A DNA stretch of 64,000 nucleotides. Origin: Candidatus Poribacteria bacterium. Its GTDB lineage: Bacteria; Poribacteria; WGA-4E; WGA-3G. This document shows, piece by piece, positions 56,611-64,000 of the stretch. The translations under genes were made by a program, and so were the position numbers. Numbering within the stretch: the stretch's first letter is position 1; each line of letters starts with the position of its first letter. The notes beneath the pieces are model-generated. The model saw only the letters and a program-made list of their open reading frames with translations. It had not been told where the DNA came from and searched no databases. Location of the stretch: positions 128,001 through 192,000 of the forward strand of contig OZ244048.1 in NCBI GenBank assembly GCA_965215265.1. Direction: 5' to 3'.

Positions 56611-57310
56611 TAAAGCGGCTATCCAAGAACTGATGAATCTGCTTGACGAAGTGCATCCGCAAGTCTTGTTGTCAGCGTTCCAAAAGGTTGACGATGGCGA
56701 TGCGGCCGTTTTCTTAATGATGCTTAAAACCTCTTCTGAAGCGCTTGCTGTTCAGGCAGGACAAATTTTCGCACGACTTCCCTTTGAGAGGCAAGTCGGC
56801 ATTGCTGAAAAGGTTGGCACGACAGAGATTGTTAAATCTGAGCACGCAGCGCAGCTCTGGAACGAGCTCGTAACTAAGATTAAGGAAGCCCTCCAACAGA
56901 CAACGTGCTTAGGGGAAGGAGCCGCGAATCTTGCCGAACTGCTGGCACATGTTGACATAGAATCTCAAAATCGACTGTTGGAGGCGTTAGCAGAGAAGCA
57001 GCCAGAATTGGTGAACAGCGTCTCTGAGCAACTGTTCACCTTTGATGAATTGGCTAATTTGGGGGATGAGGCGATATTGACTATCGCGAAAGTGCTGGAC
57101 AGTTCAACCTTAGCCCTTGCACTGCACAAGGCACCCGAGGCAATTGCGAACAGGTTCTTTGAAAATATGTCTGAATCCCAGGCAGAAGCAGTGGCAATAG
57201 AAACCGAACGGTTGACGTTTGAACAAACACAGCTCGTGGAAACAGCACGTCAATCATTAGTGAGCCTGGTCCGCAACTTCGCGGCAAAAGACTTGATGAA
57301 ACTGCCATGA
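56603..57310 (+). CDS. FliG middle/C-terminal-domain-like protein
   Basis: DEVHPQV (compare FliG EHPQ), GEGAANLAELL, QLFTFDEL (compare MFxFED), LALALH and FFENMSE; GTG start overlapping the purM stop. Confidence 0.7.
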   Translation: MPDKAAIQELMNLLDEVHPQVLLSAFQKVDDGDAAVFLMMLKTSSEALAVQAGQIFARLPFERQVGIAEKVGTTEIVKSEHAAQLWNELVTKIKEALQQTTCLGEGAANLAELLAHVDIESQNRLLEALAEKQPELVNSVSEQLFTFDELANLGDEAILTIAKVLDSSTLALALHKAPEAIANRFFENMSESQAEAVAIETERLTFEQTQLVETARQSLVSLVRNFAAKDLMKLP

Positions 57311-57328
57311 ACTGTGGTTTGCACTAAA

Positions 57329-58291
57329 TTATTCATCTTCTAATGTAAAATCATAAGGGATCTGGACTATCATACTAATCGTTTTTCCATCCTTCATAGC
57401 CGGAACGAAAGTAGATTTCTGCAAAGCTGCGATTGCTGCCTCTTCAAACCCAAATCCAAGTTTTGTTATTGCAACAATGTTTTGCGGGTTTCCGTTTTCA
57501 TCAATAGTTACTTGTAAAAGAACTTGTCCTTCCTTTTGTGCCCGGCTCGCGCTTTTGGGATAATCAGGTTTCCTTTTGTACTTGAACTTGGGGCGAGTCG
57601 GTTTATTCTGACCAATTGCGATATCTCCAAAATCGCCAAGCACACTATTGTCATCCAGTTGAATGTTATCAACTTTATTAAAGCCAGATTCCTGTGTGGA
57701 GGGGAGCTCGAATTCCGGAGGTTCTATTTCGACTCCCTCTGAACCCACTGGCCGGCCTGGCAGCTTATCAGTTCCTATAATTTTCGGTCCATCATCTGCA
57801 GAAATCTCAGGTACGCCAACATCGACTGTCGTGTCATCAGGAATTGTGAACCCCGTATCAGATAACGGCAGTGCAGCGGCGGTTTGTAGCGGTGTCTGAG
57901 GAATATTCTGCTGTGTTTCAAGCTGCTTTGTAGGGAATTTCACCGGATCTCTCCCCCGAGGAGGGCGGACTGTCGGTTTATCTTCCTGAACGAAAACATC
58001 AATACCAATTGTCTCTTTATTTTTTTCAATCTGATTTGCAATAAAGAGGATACTGATAATAAACGCAATAATAACGTGAAACATTATAGAAATTGAGAAC
58101 GCAGCGGAGTTGCGACCGACGTTCTTTTTTAAAACAGGTGGGTCTGCGTGCCGCAATTGTACATTGGAGACTGCATTTTTTTGGGATGTATCAAGCGAAA
58201 TTGTCTTCAAAGGAACAGCACGTTTCGGCTTTTTTCGTTCAATCCGATGCTTCTGCAGGCCAGCAAGAATGCTGGAAGTTCTGCTATTCAT
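57329..58291 (-). CDS. TonB-family energy transducer
   Basis: TM with SIMFH, Pro-rich linker, C-terminal PDYPKSA...EGQVLLQVTIDENG...FEEAAIAAL...F.PA. Confidence 0.88.
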   Translation of the reverse strand: MNSRTSSILAGLQKHRIERKKPKRAVPLKTISLDTSQKNAVSNVQLRHADPPVLKKNVGRNSAAFSISIMFHVIIAFIISILFIANQIEKNKETIGIDVFVQEDKPTVRPPRGRDPVKFPTKQLETQQNIPQTPLQTAAALPLSDTGFTIPDDTTVDVGVPEISADDGPKIIGTDKLPGRPVGSEGVEIEPPEFELPSTQESGFNKVDNIQLDDNSVLGDFGDIAIGQNKPTRPKFKYKRKPDYPKSASRAQKEGQVLLQVTIDENGNPQNIVAITKLGFGFEEAAIAALQKSTFVPAMKDGKTISMIVQIPYDFTLEDE

Positions 58292-58424
58292 CCTTTTTAC
58301 CTCCTGAAAAATAGGTATTGGGAATCCAAGGTAAACGTTTAAACGTCACGTTTTGCAAAAAAGTTTAATAGAAGTACAGAAAATGTCCCTAAATATCCCA
58401 ATTTAGCATGAACATATAAAAATA

Positions 58425-58453
58425 ATTATAGCGCATTTTTGTAACTTTGTCAA
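58425..58453 (-). promoter_or_regulatory. Sigma70 consensus promoter of the TonB gene
   Basis: Minus strand TTGACA-17 nt-TATAAT. Confidence 0.75.
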
Positions 58454-58466
58454 TTCTTTTTTACTT

Positions 58467-60791
58467 TTATGGATTCCACCAATACGTAAATTTCCCCACT
58501 ACGGTTGAATCTACGAGAGAAGTTTTGGTAGTTCTATCTGTATCATACGTTTGATTGAAAACGAAATAGAAATCGCTGCCGGGGCGATAAATGTAGTTAA
58601 TCAGGAGGTTGGTAGAGAGGACGTTAGTTTCTTGATTCCACTGGGCAAAAAATTTCGCAAATAGACTTGTGGAAAATGAGTAGTTGAATCGACTGTTAAA
58701 GAGATTCGCGTCAAAATTGCCATCTGGGAGGTTAACCTGATTAAATTGATAAGAAGATTCAAGACTCATTCTGCCGGTGGGTTTGAGGGTTACGTGAACG
58801 TAGAACCGGCGAATGCCGCCATTATAAAAATTTCCGAATTCAAATCCGGTTGTGGCGTTGACGGGGCGGCTGTCGCTCGTTGAGATTCGTCCGCCCAATC
58901 CACTAAATTGATAGCCACCACTCGGAATAATCACGCCCTCCCGAATCTCAAAAACTTCGTCAAGGCTTTCAAACTCACGTTTGCCGAAAAACATAATCGA
59001 GTCGCCTGTTGAAAAACCGAACCAGTGTGTGTAAGAAATCTTCCACTCTTTCAATTCATTTTCTTGGTTAAGAATGTAGTCTATCTCAGGACCTGACCAG
59101 ATTTCACGGATACCGTATTTTTGCGGTCTCGGTGTCCAACGGAATTGCCCTTGCATGCGCCGAACCCCTTGTTGCCGGACGTACCCAACAGCAGGATTGA
59201 AATCGTCGTCAATATCGGTATAAGAACCTTCCAGTCGAAAATTGCCATTTCGCCATCGAGATCCGAGGTACCAAGCGTTATTTCTACCGGACATCTCAGG
59301 TTCAAACGTGCGTGACCACATCCCGCGGACATCCAGTCTATCATTTGGTCTATATTCAAAATCGAAGCCGCCTGCGCGATTGTAATCGCTGGTACCGTCT
59401 TTATTAACAGCAATTGCCCCGATGCGTGAGCCGGTGGATACATCCTTTGTTACGCGCATCACAGAGTAGTTAGTACGTGGAATTTCTATCGGGCCGTCGC
59501 TGTTTTCTTCATAGAATTCGTCGGTAAGTACGTTGAGAACTCCGAGCCCGTACGAACCGATTTTGCCGGTGGCTTTTCCGCCGACAATAATCGGGATAGC
59601 GTTTCCTTCAGCGAGTCCGATGCGTCGGCTATAGAAAAGCAACATCGGGGGGGGGCGGCGAAAACTGCTGCGGGGCACCCCAAAATCGAAAAGTCCCGCG
59701 CCCTCTAAAAAGAAAGGTCGTTTTTCAGGGAAAAAGAGACTGAACCGGGTCAGGTTGACCTGCTCTTGATCGGCTTCAACTTGTGCGAAGTCTGTATTAT
59801 AGGTGAAATCTGCAATAAGGTTTGAGGTAATGCCGTACTTGGCATCAAAGCCGACCTTGAATTCTCGCGTTGTTTGTAGCACTGCTGCATCATCGTTTGC
59901 TTGTGTGATGCCGGGCAATATATACGGAAGAATTTCTAAGTTTCGGGCTGGGGCGATACCTTCTAATCCAACAAGGTTCCCGAGATTAGCCGTACGGTAT
60001 TTCGCCAATCCACCATAAGAGGCTGGAACAGGTGCCCAGATCGATTCCTCTTGATTTCGCGGAAGCCCCCGTCCCGTGTTGATACCCCATACCATTAGGT
60101 CGCGTTTATTGAAACGGAGCTGGCTGAACGGAATACTAAACTCCAAGGTCCAACCTTTATCATTGATTTTCGAGTTGCATTGGACAACCGCATCCCAGTC
60201 ACTATTGAAGGTGTCTCCACTATTCGTTACGGCTCTGTCTTGTACCGCACCGAGTGCATTCATGCGGAAGAAAAATCCGCTCCGTTTATCGTTGTAGGTA
60301 TCCAACAACAAGAAAACATTGTCATTCTCATGTATGTCGCGTGCATCCCGGCGCATCTCATTCGCAATTAACTTAGACATATCTGAATCAAAACAGGTAA
60401 AGCCGAAGTAAATATTCTCATCATCATAGAGAATCCGAACTTCCATGGATTCGGAGATCTTTTCTCCTTCATAAGGTTCGGTTTGGACAAATTGGTCAAT
60501 TGGTTCAGCGTTTTGCCAATCGGTCTCACTTAAATCGCCGTCAATTTCAATACTCTGGTACGTTCGATATGCCCGGATTTGATAATCGTTTCCTTCTGCA
60601 AACGCCTGCGTAGCAACACTGACTAAGATGAATGTTACATTTAAGAGGATTCTGAGTGCGGATATGCCGGGGAAACGGTTGCCTAATTGCGAGAAAGATA
60701 TTAGATATTCGTTCAAAAACCTTGCCCCCTTTACGTCAAATTTGATTAATATATTTAAATGACGTAAAAGGAGGTAAATTGGGTTATACAA
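58467..60791 (-). CDS. CBM9-like + DUF5916 outer-membrane protein (true start probably further downstream)
   Basis: IDGDLSETDW, VRILYDDENIY, TDFAQVEAD and NLTRFSLFFPEKRPFFLEG motifs; C-terminal beta-barrel. Confidence 0.85.
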   Translation of the reverse strand: MYNPIYLLLRHLNILIKFDVKGARFLNEYLISFSQLGNRFPGISALRILLNVTFILVSVATQAFAEGNDYQIRAYRTYQSIEIDGDLSETDWQNAEPIDQFVQTEPYEGEKISESMEVRILYDDENIYFGFTCFDSDMSKLIANEMRRDARDIHENDNVFLLLDTYNDKRSGFFFRMNALGAVQDRAVTNSGDTFNSDWDAVVQCNSKINDKGWTLEFSIPFSQLRFNKRDLMVWGINTGRGLPRNQEESIWAPVPASYGGLAKYRTANLGNLVGLEGIAPARNLEILPYILPGITQANDDAAVLQTTREFKVGFDAKYGITSNLIADFTYNTDFAQVEADQEQVNLTRFSLFFPEKRPFFLEGAGLFDFGVPRSSFRRPPPMLLFYSRRIGLAEGNAIPIIVGGKATGKIGSYGLGVLNVLTDEFYEENSDGPIEIPRTNYSVMRVTKDVSTGSRIGAIAVNKDGTSDYNRAGGFDFEYRPNDRLDVRGMWSRTFEPEMSGRNNAWYLGSRWRNGNFRLEGSYTDIDDDFNPAVGYVRQQGVRRMQGQFRWTPRPQKYGIREIWSGPEIDYILNQENELKEWKISYTHWFGFSTGDSIMFFGKREFESLDEVFEIREGVIIPSGGYQFSGLGGRISTSDSRPVNATTGFEFGNFYNGGIRRFYVHVTLKPTGRMSLESSYQFNQVNLPDGNFDANLFNSRFNYSFSTSLFAKFFAQWNQETNVLSTNLLINYIYRPGSDFYFVFNQTYDTDRTTKTSLVDSTVVGKFTYWWNP

Positions 60792-60930
60792 TTTTTGAAC
60801 AGTCGTCTTTCACACTGTTTTTCCGTGAAATTGAAATCATGTGGAACGTCTCCGGCGAAATTGTAAAAAAAAGAGGAAATCGCGTTAGAGGGCCCACGTT
60901 GCTTTATACGGGGCGGCAATACAGAAAATT

Positions 60931-63237
60931 TTAAAATTCTAACGTGACCCCTATAAAGGGCACGATGGGTAACTGGAAATTAGGTTCCACCTTTGTAAAG
61001 CCGCTATCGTAGCGGACTTGTAGAACATTTTCACGGTTATAGAGATTCCAGACTTCGAGGATAATGCCCAATTTCCATCCGTAGATACGGATTGATTTAC
61101 GGAGACTTAAATCGAGGCGATGGTAGGGGGCTGTCCGTTTCAGTGCCCCGTAAATGGGCTGCCATATTGTCTTTTTGGTCCGGGGATTGGTATACAGTTC
61201 ACGTCCTTCCAGCGGAGCGTAAAGAACGCCGCTCATATATTGCCATTTCGCGCCGATATGCCATGATTCTCCACTATAACGTGCTGCGGCTGTCACCGAG
61301 TGCGGTTTGTTGTAGGAATAATCGCGATAGGTTGCCCCAGGGAAATCCTGACGTTTGGAAGCAGTATAAGCATACGCTAACCAGCCTTCAAATGCTTCCG
61401 AAATTTTGTGCTGTAGCGAAATCTCAACACCTTGTGCATAACCGACCTGGGTATTCTGATACTGCTTTTCAGCTTCGTTGTACCTAATCAGAGCTTGGAA
61501 ATCCTTGTAATAGCCGGCGAGATATATCTTCGTTTGCGTGTTTAAACCTTGTTCCAATTCAACAACGTAATGCGTAGCAAGGCTGGGCGTTAGGGACAGA
61601 TTTCGGTTTCCAAGTACAACCTGATCCAATCTCGGTACTTGCGTATAGCGGCCACAACTTAAATGGAGCGATGCATCCGACCCGAGAACAATACTGAGTT
61701 GTCCGCGGGGTTGAAGTGATAAGCTATCGATCAGATTAAAGTAACTCAGTCTCATTCCGAACGTTCCGGCGAAGTAGGGAGAGAGACGGAGTATTGTCTG
61801 GGCATATCCTTCAAAACGGTGCAAGTTTTCTGTGCTGGCAGCACTGACAATTTTGCCATCACTACGAATCCTAAAATTATAGTGCGGATCGCCTTCTTCA
61901 GGACGACGCGCGCCGTCGCTGATGACTGTTGTCGGGCTACTTGAAAGTAGCAAACCTAAGACTACATCTGTATAAATAGATGCTTCGTAAGTCACGTCGC
62001 TACGAAGCATATAGTTAGACGCTGCGGTCCGGTAGAAGTAGCCCTCACCAAACGCAAGTTCAGTTTCCGAAAAAGAGCGAGTAAGTGACAAAATTGAGTT
62101 CAGTTTAGAAGATAATTGAGAGTAGAGGTGGATGCCTTGTGCATCAAAAGGGTTATCTGAATTCACAGGTCCCTGCAGATCGCTTTCATGTGTCTCTCTG
62201 GATGCTAATTGGAATTTAGAGGAATCATACCCGGCAATAGTATTAATAACGAGTCCGTGGGCACGATTGAGTTTGTAAACCCCTTTCAACTGATAACTCC
62301 AGAAATTTGGAAGTTCTTTTACCAGATCTTCTATGTTTACAAGTCTGGAAGCCAGCTCGAAAAAGGGTTCTAAGTAACTCCGTCTACCGAAGGCGTACCA
62401 ATATCCCTTTCCGGGCAGAAGGAATTCGTTTTTTAAGAATTCTGCGTCAGTAGCTGCTCGAGTTCGCTTACTGTTTTCATCACGTTTGCCTATCTTGCCA
62501 CTCAAGAAAAGTTCAGAATAGATATAATTAGTTTTGATGCCTCCATCTAGATATCCGAGTGAGGTTTTGCTTTGAGGGTAGGAATGAATGTCAATAACGG
62601 CTTGTGAATCCGCGCCAAAGTTCGCAGCAAACCCTCCGGGGTAAACGTCAACGCGTTCAATGACATTGGAACTGACCGTTGAGACAATACCGAGCAGATG
62701 ATAAGGGAATGCTAAAGGTAGCCGGTCTAAGTAGTAAACATTATCCCCGGGCCCGCCGCCTCTAACAGAGAGAACGCTCATGAAATCATTTACTGTTCCA
62801 ATGCTAGGATGGAATGTAAGCGCCCGGAACGGATCATCGGCACTACCTGGGATAGTCCTTATTGTTTCGCCATTCGTTCTGCGTGCCGGATTTTGCAGGC
62901 GTGAGATTTTTGAGTCAACAGTTTCTAGTTGATGTATCTTTTTTAGGTGTACCTTAAGCACATCGGATGCGTCCGTTTGCACCGTAACAGAAGTGCTTTC
63001 GTAACCTTTAACCAATATAGTGAGTGTGTAGGTGCCTCTTAGTACATCGGTAAACCGAAATTCGCCATTTTCATCTGTTACTTGTCGTTGTCCGGTTTCA
63101 ACAAGGCGTACTTCAACGCCGTGCATACTGTCAGCGGTTTTTTCGTCATAAACAGTGCCAACAATATCATCAATTTGCGTATGAGCAGGGATGGGTATCA
63201 ATAATAGGAGAAACGTTAAACAGTGAATATACTTCAT
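60931..63237 (-). CDS. TonB-dependent receptor with N-terminal carboxypeptidase-regulatory-like domain
   Basis: Signal peptide; TDENGEFRF; plug SVRGG.P.DN.YYLD; YPGGFAANFG; YHRLDL; NLYNREN; terminal LEF. Confidence 0.9.
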   Translation of the reverse strand: MKYIHCLTFLLLLIPIPAHTQIDDIVGTVYDEKTADSMHGVEVRLVETGQRQVTDENGEFRFTDVLRGTYTLTILVKGYESTSVTVQTDASDVLKVHLKKIHQLETVDSKISRLQNPARRTNGETIRTIPGSADDPFRALTFHPSIGTVNDFMSVLSVRGGGPGDNVYYLDRLPLAFPYHLLGIVSTVSSNVIERVDVYPGGFAANFGADSQAVIDIHSYPQSKTSLGYLDGGIKTNYIYSELFLSGKIGKRDENSKRTRAATDAEFLKNEFLLPGKGYWYAFGRRSYLEPFFELASRLVNIEDLVKELPNFWSYQLKGVYKLNRAHGLVINTIAGYDSSKFQLASRETHESDLQGPVNSDNPFDAQGIHLYSQLSSKLNSILSLTRSFSETELAFGEGYFYRTAASNYMLRSDVTYEASIYTDVVLGLLLSSSPTTVISDGARRPEEGDPHYNFRIRSDGKIVSAASTENLHRFEGYAQTILRLSPYFAGTFGMRLSYFNLIDSLSLQPRGQLSIVLGSDASLHLSCGRYTQVPRLDQVVLGNRNLSLTPSLATHYVVELEQGLNTQTKIYLAGYYKDFQALIRYNEAEKQYQNTQVGYAQGVEISLQHKISEAFEGWLAYAYTASKRQDFPGATYRDYSYNKPHSVTAAARYSGESWHIGAKWQYMSGVLYAPLEGRELYTNPRTKKTIWQPIYGALKRTAPYHRLDLSLRKSIRIYGWKLGIILEVWNLYNRENVLQVRYDSGFTKVEPNFQLPIVPFIGVTLEF

Positions 63238-63326
63238 AAAATCTTCTGATGTGAAACGTAAAAATAATTTAGTAAGACCGGTTTCCATGCCGGATGCAAC
63301 TGATTTTACAAATTCAGATAAACAGC

Positions 63327-64000
63327 TTAGAAGTCTGCGGAAAGCCCGAGGTACGGAATAATAGGGAACTGGTTCACCGGACTCTTATGCTTATAGTCCG
63401 TGCTGTAGCTGTATTGTAACAAGTTTTGTCGGTTATAGGCGTTGAGGAGTTCAAGGTAGACGTTCATCTGCCAACTATCATAGTTAAAAGTTTTGCTCAC
63501 TCGCAGATCCAGTTTATGGTAGGGCGGGAGCCGATCTGAATTAGTTTCACCATAAATAGGGATCCAGATGAATTTTCCGTTTCTCGGATCAATTCCGAGA
63601 GTTGCATCTACGATAGGAGTGTACGGGTTGCCGGTGCGGTATTGCCATTTCGCCCCAATTTCCCATGTAGGTGCGGGTGTGTAACTCGCGACAAAGGTAG
63701 CAACATGTGTCTGATCGAAAGAATAGAAGCGGTAGGGTTCACTCGGCCGGTCTTTGCGTTTAGAAAGCGTGTAGGCGTAAGAAACCCAACCGAAAAAGCG
63801 GTCGTCGCGCCAGTGCCTTAAGAAAATTTCGGTTCCCTGTGCGTGCCCAACGCCTTGATTGAGGTACCCGGCTTCGTCGTCGACTGTTGCCAAATCTGTC
63901 AAATTTTTGTAATAACCTGCCATTTTGATTTCGGTGTTGGCGGTAAGTGGCCGTTTGAGTTCTAAGATATAGTGTTGTGCTTGACTCACATCCAAGTCAG
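63327..64000 (-). CDS. TonB-dependent receptor, C-terminal part (5' end outside the window)
   Basis: GWVSYAYT, FDQTH, YRTGNPYT, RLPPYHKLDLR and NAYNRQN motifs; terminal ADF; frame open to the edge. Confidence 0.88.
   Translation of the reverse strand, partial: DLDVSQAQHYILELKRPLTANTEIKMAGYYKNLTDLATVDDEAGYLNQGVGHAQGTEIFLRHWRDDRFFGWVSYAYTLSKRKDRPSEPYRFYSFDQTHVATFVASYTPAPTWEIGAKWQYRTGNPYTPIVDATLGIDPRNGKFIWIPIYGETNSDRLPPYHKLDLRVSKTFNYDSWQMNVYLELLNAYNRQNLLQYSYSTDYKHKSPVNQFPIIPYLGLSADF

Noticed and set aside
1-64000. tRNA, rRNA, integrase or prophage genes
   Set aside because: No cloverleaf or T-loop signatures, rRNA motifs, recombinase or phage structural genes recognised; the many 60-240 aa antisense ORFs lie opposite confident genes.

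Overview
Bacterial genomic window, gene-dense, with no rRNA, tRNA or CRISPR array visible. Several signatures suggest Candidatus Poribacteria or a close relative (inference only): secreted proteins ending in an LPVExxGKLxTxWxxxK tail, a WMPDPNLR-type LRR protein, an FlgD-Ig/T9SS-type C-terminal domain remnant and a PorV-like barrel. The backbone carries sugar-acid catabolism genes (three enolase-superfamily enzymes, a LarA-type epimerase, an Ogl-like propeller, an arabinokinase-like GHMP kinase), transport and envelope genes (ABC exporter + DUF1854, MFS, TolC + adaptor, three tandem MacB-type permeases + adaptor, TonB, TonB-dependent receptors), queC, purF, purM, a DUF1800-DUF1501-NHL operon and an orphan FliG-like gene. 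An accessory patch at about 14.3-22.9 kb holds a single-polypeptide Type ISP restriction-modification enzyme behind a long C-rich leader with a C8 tract, and a truncated LRR gene. The top finding lies in the same patch: a 1581-bp element (21248-22828) bounded by imperfect terminal inverted repeats and an exact 11-bp target-site duplication. It has no DDE transposase. Its only intact gene is an Rpn/YhgA-like PD-(D/E)XK nuclease, which has a leaderless promoter and a candidate internal RpnS antitoxin start. It also carries a frameshifted captured fragment of a host secreted-protein gene. All product calls come from motif recognition by eye; no database search was run.
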